64,000 nt of DNA from contig OZ237752.1 of the NCBI GenBank assembly GCA_965178125.1, positions 310,001 to 374,000 on the forward strand, given 5' to 3'. How positions within the stretch are numbered: the stretch's first letter is position 1; each line of letters begins with the position of its first letter. This document shows, one piece after another, positions 1-12,800 of this stretch. Below the pieces are notes generated by a model that worked only from the letters and a program-made list of their open reading frames with translations, made no database searches and was not told where the DNA came from. The stretch comes from Bilabrum cf. latius. Taxonomy: Eukaryota. A program made the translations under genes and the position numbers.

Positions 1-3000
1 GTGGTGTGCGTGTCTCCTGCGTTGTCTGGCATGGGCTCTAACGAGTCGTCAGTGTCGGTGGCAGTGTCAGTGAGCCGGAATGGCATCGACTTCGGGTCAA
101 GCTCTGGGGCGTTCCTTTACGAGCGCGGCGCCGTGGTGTCATCTGTGTCGCCTTCGACGGGCGTGGTGGGAGGCGGCACGGCAGTGGTGGTATCAGGATC
201 AGGCTTTGAGAATCGGACTGGTCTGTCATGCCGGTTCGGCTCTAGCGGGTCCGTGCCTGCTGTGTACGTGAACTCGAGCGCAGTGCGCTGTGTGAGTCCA
301 CCGGCATCGTCAGCGGTGCCATCTGGCGGCGCAGATGGCGGTATGGTGTCTGTGGAGGTGTCTGTGAACGGGGCTGACTTTTCTCGGGATGGCCAGCGGT
401 TCCAGTACTTGCCTTCGTCGTACGTGAGCTCCGTGTCTCCATCGCTCGGACCTGTATCTGGGGGCACGTCTCTTCGTGTGCGTGGCCTAGGGTTTGCCAG
501 CACTGGCGATCTGGGCTGCGTATTTGTGGCAGCTGGATCTGTGTCTGATTCGGCTGGGGCGGTATCTTTGGGTGCAGTGTCGGCTGGTCGATGGTTGAGC
601 AGCGGTCAGCTGGTATGTGACAGTCCTGCAGCAGGCTCTGTGCCTGGTGTGTCCAACGAGGGCGGGCTTGTGGACGTGTATGTGACCACGAATGGCGTGG
701 ATGTATCGGATTCGTCTGCCTTGTTCGAGCTGCATGGGTCCGTGACCGTTTCGGGCGTGTCACCATTGAGCGGGGGCATGGCAGGCGGCACGGCTGTTCG
801 CGTGAGTGGCTCTGGCTTTGCATTCGGCAGTGGATTGTCATGCCGCTTCGGGGAGGACAGCACGAGCGCACAGTATGTGTCGTCCACGGAGGTGGTGTGC
901 GTGTCTCCTGCGTTGTCTGGCATGGGCTCTAACGAGTCGTCAATGTCGGTGGCAGTGTCAGTGAGCCGGAATGGCATCGACTTCGGGTCAAGCTCTGGGG
1001 CGTTCCTTTACGAGCGCGGCGCCGTGGTGTCATCTGTGTCGCCTTCGACGGGCGTGGTGGGAGGCGGCACGGCAGTGGTGGTATCAGGATCAGGCTTTGA
1101 GAATCGGACTGGTCTGTCATGCCGGTTCGGCTCTAGCGGGTCCGTGCCTGCTGTGTACGTGAACTCGAGCGCAGTGCGCTGTGTGAGTCCACCGGCATCG
1201 TCAGCGGTGCCATCTGGCGGCGCAGATGGCGGTATGGTGTCTGTGGAGGTGTCTGTGAACGGGGCTGACTTTTCTCGGGATGGCCAGCGGTTCCAGTACT
1301 TGCCTTCGTCGTACGTGAGCTCCGTGTCTCCATCGCTCGGACCTGTATCTGGGGGCACGTCTCTTCGTGTGCGTGGCCTAGGGTTTGCCAGCACTGGCGA
1401 TCTGGGCTGCGTATTTGTGGCAGCTGGATCTGTGTCTGATTCGGCTGGGGCGGTATCTTTGGGTGCAGTGTCGGCTGGTCGATGGTTGAGCAGCGGTCAG
1501 CTGGTATGTGACAGTCCTGCAGCAGGCTCTGTGCCTGGTGTGTCCAACGAGGGCGGGCTTGTGGACGTGTATGTGACCACGAATGGCGTGGATGTATCGG
1601 ATTCGTCTGCCTTGTTCGAGCTGCATGGGTCCGTGACCGTTTCGGGCGTGTCACCATTGAGCGGGGGCATGGCAGGCGGCACGGCTGTTCGCGTGAGTGG
1701 CTCTGGCTTTGCATTCGGCAGTGGATTGTCATGCCGCTTCGGGGAGGACAGCACGAGCGCACAGTACGTGTCATCCACGGAGGTGGTTTGCGTGTCTCCT
1801 GCGTTGTCTGGCATGGGCTCTAACGAGTCGTCAGTGTCGGTGGCAGTGTCAGTGAGCCGGAATGGCATCGACTTCGGGTCAAGCTCTGGGGCGTTCCTTT
1901 ACGAGCGCGGCGCCGTGGTGTCATCTGTGTCGCCTTCGACGGGCGTGGTGGGAGGCGGCACGGCAGTGGTGGTATCAGGATCAGGCTTTGAGAATCGGAC
2001 TGGTCTGTCATGCCGGTTCGGCTCTAGCGGGTCCGTGCCTGCTGTGTACGTGAACTCGAGCGCAGTGCGCTGTGTGAGTCCACCGGCATCGTCAGCGGTG
2101 CCATCTGGCGGCGCAGATGGCGGTATGGTGTCTGTGGAGGTGTCTGTGAACGGGGCTGACTTTTCTCGGGATGGCCAGCGGTTCCAGTACTTGCCTTCGT
2201 CGTACGTGAGCTCCGTGTCTCCATCGCTCGGACCTGTATCTGGGGGCACGTCTCTTCGTGTGCGTGGCCTAGGGTTTGCCAGCACTGGCGATCTGGGCTG
2301 CGTATTTGTGGCAGCTGGATCTGTGTCTGATTCGGCTGGGGCGGTGTCTTTGGGTGCAGTGTCGGCTGGTCGATGGTTGAGCAGCGGTCAGCTGGTATGT
2401 GACAGTCCTGCAGCAGGCTCTGTGCCTGGTGTGTCCAACGAGGGCGGGCTTGTGGACGTGTATGTGACCACGAATGGCGTGGATGTATCGGATTCGTCTG
2501 CCTTGTTCGAGCTGCATGGGTCCGTGACCGTTTCGGGCGTGTCACCATTGAGCGGGGGCATGGCAGGCGGCACGGCTGTTCGCGTGAGTGGCTCTGGCTT
2601 TGCATTCGGCAGTGGATTGTCATGCCGCTTCGGGGAGGACAGCACGAGCGCACAGTACGTGTCGTCCACGGAGGTGGTGTGCGTGTCTCCTGCGTTGTCT
2701 GGCATGGGCTCTAACGAGTCGTCAATGTCGGTGGCAGTGTCAGTGAGCCGGAATGGCATCGACTTCGGGTCAAGCTCTGGGGCGTTCCTTTACGAGCGCG
2801 GCGCCGTGGTGTCATCTGTGTCGCCTTCGACGGGCGTGGTGGGAGGCGGCACGGCAGTGGTGGTATCAGGATCAGGCTTTGAGAATCGGACTGGTCTGTC
2901 ATGCCGGTTCGGCTCTAGCGGGTCCGTGCCTGCTGTGTACGTGAACTCGAGCGCAGTGCGCTGTGTGAGTCCACCGGCATCGTCAGCGGTGCCATCTGGC

Positions 3001-3857
3001 GGCGCAGATGGCGGTATGGTGTCTGTGGAGGTGTCTGTGAACGGGGCTGACTTTTCTCGGGATGGCCAGCGGTTCCAGTACTTGCCTTCGTCGTACGTGA
3101 GCTCCGTGTCTCCATCGCTCGGACCTGTATCTGGGGGCACGTCTCTTCGTGTGCGTGGCCTAGGGTTTGCCAGCACTGGCGATCTGGGCTGCGTATTTGT
3201 GGCAGCTGGATCTGTGTCTGATTCGGCTGGGGCGGTGTCTTTGGGTGCAGTGTCGGCTGGTCGATGGTTGAGCAGCGGTCAGCTGGTATGTGACAGTCCT
3301 GCAGCAGGCTCTGTGCCTGGTGTGTCCAACGAGGGCGGGCTTGTGGACGTGTATGTGACCACGAATGGCGTGGATGTATCGGATTCGTATGCCTTGTTCG
3401 AGCTGCATGGGTCCGTGACCGTTTCGGGCGTGTCACCATTGAGCGGGGGCATGGCAGGCGGCACGGCTGTTCGCGTGAGTGGCTCTGGCTTTGCATTCGG
3501 CAGTGGATTGTCATGCCGCTTCGGGGAGGACAGCACGAGCGCACAGTACGTGTCATCCACGGAGGTGGTGTGCGTGTCTCCTGCGTTGTCTGGCATGGGC
3601 TCTAACGAGTCGTCAGTGTCGGTGGCAGTGTCAGTGAGCCGGAATGGCATCGACTTCGGGTCAAGCTCTGGGGCGTTCCTTTACGAGCGCGGCGCCGTGG
3701 TGTCATCTGTGTCGCCTTCGACGGGCGTGGTGGGAGGCGGCACGGCAGTGGTGGTATCAGGATCAGGCTTTGAGAATCGGACTGGTCTGTCATGCCGGTT
3801 CGGCTCTAGCGGGTCCGTGCCTGCTGTGTACGTGAACTCGAGCGCAGTGCGCTGTGT
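1..3857 (+). repeat. Coding tandem repeat, 891-bp unit (297 aa, three IPT/TIG domains), ~4.3 near-identical copies visible; continues upstream of the window
   Basis: Units start at 1, 892, 1783, 2674 and 3565 and differ by only a few SNPs. Shadow ORFs recur every 891 bp. Confidence 0.97.
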
Positions 3858-6800
3858 TAGCCCCCCGCTTGTATCGTCTTGGCTCGTATCGAGTTTTTCT
3901 GCGATGCAGGAAGTTGAGGTCGAACTGGTTTCGTTGGATGGCTGGGTCGCGTATTCAATCGATAGCGTTTTCTCGTATGCAAAGGTCCCTATCGTTTCTC
4001 GTGTGTCACCAAGTGGACTTGTCGTGTCATCAGTGCAGACCTTGGACTTCTTCGGCGAGTCCTTTGGCCCGGTATTTGATGCCGTAGCTGACGGCGTTGC
4101 CACCTGTTTGATCGAATGCGGCGGAGTTGAACTGGAATACACGGCGGCAATCAGTAGCTTGTCGAGTGGCTTTTGCGTTGTGAGCGCACCTGAGCAGGAG
4201 TGCCAAGCCAGCTTTGCTTTGCGCATTGGTCCAGGGTCTCTGCAATCGTAGTGGGTCGAACTCCCTGTGTATGAGCAGCCACGAGTTCAGTCACTGCACC
4301 CCAGTTTCGGTTGGGTCGTTGGCGGATCGGAAGTTACAATTGTTGGCGAAGGGTTGGATGCCTCGCCATCCCTGATTGACGATTTCCGATGCAAATTCGG
4401 TTCTTCCTCTGTGGCCGGGATGGTCATCAATGACACTGCTGCAGTTTGCGTCTCGCCGCCTGGAGAGTTCGTTGGGGATGACGTCGGGGTTGATGTCTCC
4501 TTGAATGGTGGAATTGACTTCACTTCGCAGGGAGACTAGGCGCCTAGGTTCTCCTTTGAGCAACCGCCCACGGTGGCAAGCATTCCCCTTCTTTCTGGCA
4601 CGGGATCCGGCGGCGTGTCAGTGCCAGTCTATGGGACTGGGTTGTCGGCGTCTGGCATGAGCTGCGCATTCGGTGGATTCGGCTCCTCACTGTTTGTGGC
4701 GATCAACGATACGATGGGGCACTGCTTGTCGCCAGCACTTCCATCACCCATCGGAGAGGTGCGGTCGGTGCCTCTGCAGGTGCGGTGGGGCAGTCTGCCT
4801 GCACTGTGTGGCAAGTCTGCCAGGCAAGGGTGCAGCTTCTCATTCACGTACCTTCCATCCGCGCGAATCGGTGCCGTTTCTCCTGCAGTGGTGCAGGAGG
4901 CCGTTCCGACGCAGGTTCGGCTGTCTGGTCAAGGATTCGCTATGTTTGGTCGCATTGAGTGCAAGTTTGAGAGCAGCAGCCATGAGGCCACCGGAAGGTT
5001 CCACTTCGTTTCATCCTCGGAATCGTCGTGTGCTGTGCCCCGAACTCTGCCTCCGGGAGAATACGCAGTGTCTCTGGCGTCCAGCACAGCAAAGCTGATT
5101 GAGCAAGGCACTATTCCAAGGATAATTACGGTGCTGCCTGCTTTGCAGTCGTCAAGTGCTTCGCCAGGGATTGTCCCAGCGGAAGGCGGTCATGCCTTGA
5201 ACGTCACAGTTAGTGGTGTTGCCACTGATTTCGAGGGCGCTTTGGCCTGTGTATTTGGAGGCGGCGGCGTGACAGATGGGTATGTGGTTGCCCCTGGGAC
5301 CGTGGAATGCACGACTCCGCCCTTCAGCTCATCGGAGGAAGTATTCTACCAGGGTTCAGTGCGGGTTGCGTACGAATCAGCGTCGCATTTCGCTGCCATG
5401 GTGGCCGCATCCAGGGATGCAGACACCAGCGACGCAGCAACGTTCTGGCTGGACGCCCGGCGGTCATCCGCGCAGCAAATGATATCCGCCTCCGCGTCTG
5501 TAGCACCTGGTGGCTCTTTGGTCTCCATTAAGCTGGCTTCGGCCGCAGTTCCGCCTGCGGAACTGTTGAGTGGGACGTCGGGTACACCTACGTGTTTTGT
5601 GAGACTGCACGACCTTCCCTGCGGGCCGTTTGCATTCAATGGGGACTTTTCAGTTGATGTCTCTGGTGGCGGGAGTATCACGTGCGAAGTTGATGGGACG
5701 GAGGCGATTCGAAAGCGGTGTGTTTCCCTCCAGTCGAGCACATTCGCAGGGGCGTGGGATGCCTCCATCAGCGTCTCATTCGGCGGGATGCAGTCGTGGC
5801 TCGGACCTGAAAATGACGTGCAGCTGCTGGATGTGGTCAGCTTGCGCGAGGTTGACCCACCCATCACGGTTTACGGGGCGTAGATCGAGTTGTTCCTTAC
5901 AGGTGAGGGCTTTGCCCCTGTGGACGAGGTCTACTGCGTTTTCATTGCGGTAGGTGGCGCTGAGGATGTTTACCCGCGGTCTCGATTCCTACCCATGTCG
6001 AGCTAGATGGGGCGGTGTGCCCAGCCCAAAAATCTGGTACCCGGTGACTATCTTGTCCAGCTGTCAACTGAAAGCGGAGGCGCCGTATCGATGGGGCAAT
6101 CGCCGAGGATAAAAGCTCTACCTCACTCCGGCATCTCGACCGTATCACCTCAATCGGTAAGCAGCCGGTCAAGCTCAACGCTCGTACTGCGGGGCTCTGG
6201 TTTCAACCACATCGATGGGCTCCGTTGCACGTTTGGCATGCATTCCTCTGTGGCCACGGTGGTTAATTAGAGCGTAGTGACGTGCGAATCGCCAGTACTT
6301 CCGACGTCTGCGATGTCTGACCGGGCCGGGGAGGCCTGCCAAGCTGATGGTTAGTGCAGTGCGCAGGTCCGGGTTGGCCTCGCGATTCGCGGCTTCAATG
6401 TGGCCGATCCGGCTGATGGCCCGGTGCTCTTGTTCTAGAACCAAGAGGGCTTGGCCACCATTTCGCCCGCAGTCGTGCCTTTCGACTACGCAGCCTCAGG
6501 CGGTATCGTGAACGTATCGGTAGGAAGCAGCACCGTGGACGTCGGTGATGATGCTGTGCAGTGCAACTTTTTCGATGGCTCAGTGTAGTCGATGGGAACC
6601 GTGATCGTCTCGGAATCTACCAGCATAGTGCAGTGCACGATGCCCTCTGAAACTGATATCGGGACGGTGGTCGCTCAATCGGAAGCCAGCGGAATTGCAA
6701 GCGGGTTCAGGCTGCGAGCAGACGGCAGCCTCTCTATCCGACTCGAGCTGAAGAGCGGGTTTGGGATGGGTACCGTTGGAGCAACTGCAACCATTGCTGA

Positions 6801-9800
6801 GGGCACCATTGTCCAACTGCAGGAGTTTGCGGTCACGTCGGTGGAGCCTCCTGTAGTCACTAGCATCCGAACTTCTTCACAAGGTGAAGCGCGGGTCCTG
6901 CGGCTCAACGGCCGCGGTTTTCCCACGTCAGTACCGGGCACGTGCGTATTTAGGTCAGGCGGTGAGTCAGTCAGGTCAACGTACCAGGCAGTCAGTCAGG
7001 ACACGGTCTTATGCGACCTTCCCGCTCTAGCCCCGGGGAGGGTGAGCGTTTCTGTGCAGTTCTGGGACCAGTACGGCGACCATGATGGCCTTTCAGCGCA
7101 GTCGGACAACGGTTCGGCGGCAATGCTCCTGGTGGTAGAGCAGCCAAGCGTAGCATCCATAGTGCCGCATATCGCCCAGCTCGGTAGCACATCTCAGATC
7201 CTACTGGCGGGCGCCAATTTCAACGCCAACCTTGGGATGGAATGCCTGTACAAGGCAGCCTCCTCCGGGAATACCAGCTCGCCAGAGGTGCGTAGGCCGG
7301 TGTCTGTTTTGACCGCGAATCACGCTGAGTGCGCGCTGCCGGCCTACCTTCCTGGCGCCGGTGCCGCGAGCAGCACCGAATCTAGTGGAGTGTTTCCCGT
7401 GACTATCGAGCTCGTATCGACCACGGAGACGGACCTGGGTCGGACGGAGCCGCTGCATAGAGGCGATCTCGTTGCTCTGCAGCCGTTCAACCCGTCTGCG
7501 GCGCTGACAATCAGCCCGCAGAGGGGCCCGGTGCGAACCAGCGCGCCAGTACGAGTCACCGTTTCACTGCCGGGCGGCTTGCAGCATGCCCGCGTGAAAG
7601 CGCCATTCTGCGTGTTCGACCTGGTCCGAAGCCCTGCAGTAGAGACGTCACCAGGCACGTTCGAATGCAACGCAGCGAGGCGAGCAGCAGCGGGTGCCTC
7701 AAGGGTGGCTCTGTACCCGGATGGGGAGAGCCGCCTTGTGGTCGCCACTCCGTTCGAGTACCTCGATCCTATATCAATCGCTGGGGTGTCGCCCCCCGCC
7801 ATTCCAGAGGCTGGAGGGGTCACCGTAGAGATTCGAGGCAGCGGGTTTGTAATGTCACGGCAGCTGCGGTGCCGATTTTTTGGCGAGATCTCTGTTGATG
7901 CCATGTGGATTAGTCGCCAGGCAATTGCTTGCGTAGCCCCTGTGGGTCCACCGGGCAGGGCCTCTGTGCAGGTGTCCAACAACGGCGGCGACTCTTGGGA
8001 AGGCAGTGGATCTGTCGAGTACCTCCCAGCACTGACTATTACGTCAGCCTCACCTGCTGTTCTCCCTGCAAGCATCGGTGGAACCGTGAATGTGACCGGT
8101 ACCGGCTTCATGGGTGGTCGCGGGCTGCTTTGCCGTGTTGGTTCCTACGAGATCGGTGCAATTCCTGTGGATTCGCACACAGTTCAATGTCCGATCCTTG
8201 GGTCCTTCCGGGCGGGGTCTGCCACGGCCCCGCTGGAGCTGCGGTATGCAGACGTGAGGGCAGCTGAGTGGGTGTCGGCTGACGACGTCACCATCAGCTT
8301 CGCCGAGGTGCCTGCTGGTCTTTTGGTGGAGCCCAATGCGATCGATTCAGGAGCGTAGACCGAACTCATCTTCAGTCTGCCGCCCGATCACCGCGGCTCG
8401 TACCCCGTGTCAATCAACAGTGACTCATTCCTTTGCATGGGTGCAGCTTCCCGCGGTTGCGATGCATCCACGCTGTCGTGGAGGCTGATGGTGCGGCCCC
8501 AAGACAGCCCGGAGGACGAGAGCACGGGCCCTTGCCATGCAACCACGTCGACGCTTTCCTGCACTATTTCTGTTCCTACCGTGTACATGGGCAGTGGCGC
8601 CGTAGATCTGCTGCTGTCGCCCAACAATGGCAGCACATTCCGGGCCACGAGAGCCGACCTGCAGGTGGTGCACCCTTCGGGCGTTCTCGCGACGTCCCCT
8701 GGCGTGCTATCCGAGCCAACCTCAGGGCATCAGCCAAGCATTAAGGTGTATACCACCGCAACAGTAGCGGCATCTGCTCGAATGCGGTGCGTGTTCGGGT
8801 CTGGCGGGGAGGCCACGACGCCAGCTCATGCGATCGACGCGCGCACAGTGCAGTGCGCAGTGCCGCAGCTAGCCCCCGGCACACACCCTGTCCACGTCGG
8901 CGCAGTCTCTAATAGGTTGGCTGCGCGGCGTCTCGCAACCCGACCTACTTCGGCGCACGTCACTATCTTGCCCGTTGCCACCGTTGTTGGGGTCTCGCCA
9001 AAGCTTGTATCGAGTGTGTCCACGACGTCAGTGCGGGTTTCTGGTTCTGGCTTTGTGAATTCGGCGGCTGCGCAGTGCAGGGTATTCGGTGTCGTCTCAC
9101 CCGCTACGGTCTTGTCTGCAAATGTCATGGAATGCAAGGTGCCCCCAGTCATGCAGGGGATCGATACTACCGGTGGTCTTAGCCCCGTCGAGGTCAGCAT
9201 GGACGGCGTGCAGTTCGTGTCAGACCCTTTGGTTACCGTGTCTGCGCGGCAGGAGCCACTCCGCATTCAACTTAGCTCGACGAGCGGCCCAAGGCACGGA
9301 GGGGGCACGGTCGAAATCAGTGCCCTCGATGGACTGGGCGCAGATGCGTCGGTCGTGGATCTGGGCCTCGTGGCCGGCACCTCGCTCGACCAAATCAGCT
9401 GCGAATTTAACGGTACCGTTGTGGCAGGGGCAGTGGCCCCGAGCAGCGGCAAGGCGATGTGCACCGTGCCTCCAAGCTCCAAGACGGGCCTGGTCACAGT
9501 GAGGCTCTCGATCGATGGAGGTACGTTCCTGAGGGCTACGGGGACGTACACGTACGTTGCTTCAATGGCGGTGCTTGAGGTGCGGCCCAGCGTACTCCCA
9601 GAGACCGGTGCCAGATAGCTGCGAGTGCTTGGAGAGGGCTTCATCAATTCGCCCGAGCTTCTTTGCAGGGTGGTTGGCTCTTCACCGACCCGTGCCACCT
9701 GGATCAACAGCAGCAGCATCGTTTGTTCCGCCCCCGCCCGTCACCCAGGCTTATCTGCCCTAGAGATTTCCAACAATGACGGCCACTCGTGGGAAGGCTC

Positions 9801-12800
9801 ATTGCAGCTGGAGTACCTTCCAGCCTTGACAGTGCAGAGCGTGACACCGTCAATTCTGGTAAGCAGCAAGGGAGGCGATGTTACCGTGTCGGGGACCGGC
9901 TTCTAGTCACACCGACGGATGGCCTGTCGCATCGGCCGCGTAGTTGTAGCCGCTTCTGTGATCAACAGCACCAGCTTAGTGTGCGCGGCTCCGAATGCAG
10001 TCGAGGCGGGCGTGTCCCGTGCTGTTGTGGGCGTGGGATTCTCTGGGTTTGACACCGTACCGTTCGTGGAATCTGACCTCGTTTCGGTCGCGTTTACCTC
10101 GGTCCCAACGGTTGTACGCATAGCCCCGAACAGCGGTGCGTTCGAGGGCGGGACTCGAATTAGCCTTGTGCCTGCAGAGGGCCAGGCGTTCCAGAGCGAA
10201 GCACGTGGAATGCCACTGGACTGGGAGTGCGTGTTCATGGTCGAAGCTTTCCCCGGCACGGCGGCGAACGTGCCCTTGGCGCAAAGGGCTGGGCAAACTT
10301 TCAGGGTTGCCGCACAGCTCGACCCGAAGACGAACCAGCTGCATTGCGTGGCCCCGACCATCTCGCGAGGTCCTCGGAATGCAGGCACCCTGCGGGCCGA
10401 CGTGCGGCTTGCGCCGGCAGGAACGGGCCTGCGCAGCTTGGCCCCAACTGGGCTGACGTTCACGTACACGGTAGGACTGCTTGCCACTGCTGTTGGTCCT
10501 GCGACTGGCCCTGAGACCGGCGGTTTCACGATCACTGTGTCTGGCCGTGGCTTTGAGCCGCGTAAGGAGAGCGTGTGCGGCTTCAGGCCTGCAGCTGCGC
10601 ATCCGGGGCAGGGACTGGTGCTTGCCGACGCCATGGCCCACACCGTGCCCCTCGAGTTCCGGTCCTCCACCGAGGTACGCTGTGTGGCGCCCGGCGGGAG
10701 ACCGGGTGAGACGATGATGGTGCACGTGTCAAACGATGGTGTCAGATACAGCCCAGTGGGACTGCAGCTGCAGTACCACTAGCTACCCGCGCTCATGTCC
10801 ATTTCACCCACGTCTGGGCCGATGATCGGCGGATCACTCGTGACTATCCGTGGCAAGGGCTTCGACTTCTCGCCGGATCTCCGGTGCGCCTTTGGTGGGC
10901 TCAAGCTGGTTCCCGCGCTGCTGGTGTCGGACACGGAGATTCGATGCATCACACCGCCGCGCCCCTCTGCGGCCGAGCGCTCCGCGTTCCTGGTGCAGAC
11001 CGGTACACCGCTGGATCAGGCCCTGCGCATCGGTGCCATGTCCGGCCCAGTCGATACGTCTGTTGACGTGGTGAGCAGTAACGGCACTCTTGCTTTTAGT
11101 AGCGGGAGTCAGACGGTGGGTCAGCTGACCTTCAGGTACGTGGATTCGCCCACGGCCTCTGCCGTACTCCCATCGCACGGGCCGCCAAGCGGCGGCACAG
11201 TAGTAACTGTTACTGGCACGGGATTTGTGAAGGGTAGCTCCAGGTGCCTGTTTGGACCTGTTCCCGATCCAGTCCAGGGGGAAGGTGGTATTGCAGTGCC
11301 AGCGAACGTTGTGAACAGCACTGTCGCAACGTGCATCTCGCCCCGCATGCCGGTCGAAGCATCGGTATCTCCGATGCAGTCCGAAGGTGCGGTGGCCGTG
11401 CGAGTGTCAACCAACAATGGGGCCGACTATGGCCACAGTAGTGCTAGATTCCACTACCTGCACGCACCTAGGCTGCAGAGAATGCTGCCGACCACCGGAT
11501 CCGAGCTGGGGGGCACCACGATCCGCTTACAGACCGTGGGATCATCCACCCTGTTCCACCCGTCGTGTGTGTTCCTGGCCAGGAACTCTTCGCTGGGACT
11601 TAGAGGAGGAAGGTTGGACTCTATTTCGGAGATCAAGGACCAGCAGGCAGCCGGCGTGCTCGCCGTTGTACCAGCCCTGCAGACGTCCCCAACGCAAGTG
11701 GAGTGCATGTCCCCCCCTAGCCCAGCCCGGGAGCCCCTCATCACGCTGAGGCTGACTACGAACGGGCAGGACCTATCGGGGACGTTCCTGTCCTTCAGGT
11801 ACACGCTGCCCATGGTGGTACACGAGCTCAGACCGGCCAGCGGGCCATCCACAGGCGGCACCACCGTGCAGGTGATTGGTTCTCGATTTGAGCAGGGCCA
11901 CGGACTCTCATGCCTGTTTGGGCGGCAGCAAGTTGCGGCTTCCTTCATCAGCACATCCATTCTGGCGTGCAGAGCTCCCGCGGCTGCCGTCGGTGGGGTG
12001 CCCGTTTCGGTCAGCCACAATGGGTTCGACTTTGTTCCCTCCGCTGATATTGCACCTCGGTATACGTACGTGGAGCCGTTCGCAGTTAGGAGCATCCGCC
12101 CGAGCTTCGGTCCGGTGGAGGGCGGCACCAGGGTGACGGTACGAGGCGGCGGGTTCGCGTCCGCCTCAATGGACAGCAGCGTTACCTGTCGGTTCGGAGA
12201 CTCGATTGTGGACGGCAGTGTTCTCTCCGACTCTGAGCTGGAGTGTAAAGCACCCGCGTCACCCAACCTGAACCGCCTTGGCGGCGGCGGCCTTGGCTCC
12301 ATGGCCGTAGCAGTCTCTTTCAACGGCAGGGACTTTACTGAGACGATGCTGCAGTACCGATACGTCCCCAGTGTGGTCGTGCTCACGGTGTTCCCCAGAA
12401 TCATGGTTGAAGGTGTTAGGTCTAGAATTAGGATTCGGGGGGACGGGTTTATAGAAAGCAGCCTGCTGGAGTGCCGCTTCGAGCACACGGCAGCTGCAGG
12501 GTCTAGCGTGCCTGCGGTTGGAAACAGCACAGCTCCCGCGCGATTCATCAGCCCGCAGGAAGTTTCGTGCGATGCGCCTGGCGTGCCGCAAGGGATACTG
12601 CGCGTGCGTGTGTCCAATAACGGCAGGGATAACGCTGCTGTGACGGACTCTGCAGCCGCTTTGTCGGTTGTTCCTCAGCTGACCCTTGCTGCAAGCCCTA
12701 CTGCCGGATCCGTCTTTGGAGGAACGCACGTGCAGCTCCGAGTGTCTGGCTTTCCCGCCGCTCTCGAGACACGCGCCTATTGCGTGTTCGATCGAATCAG

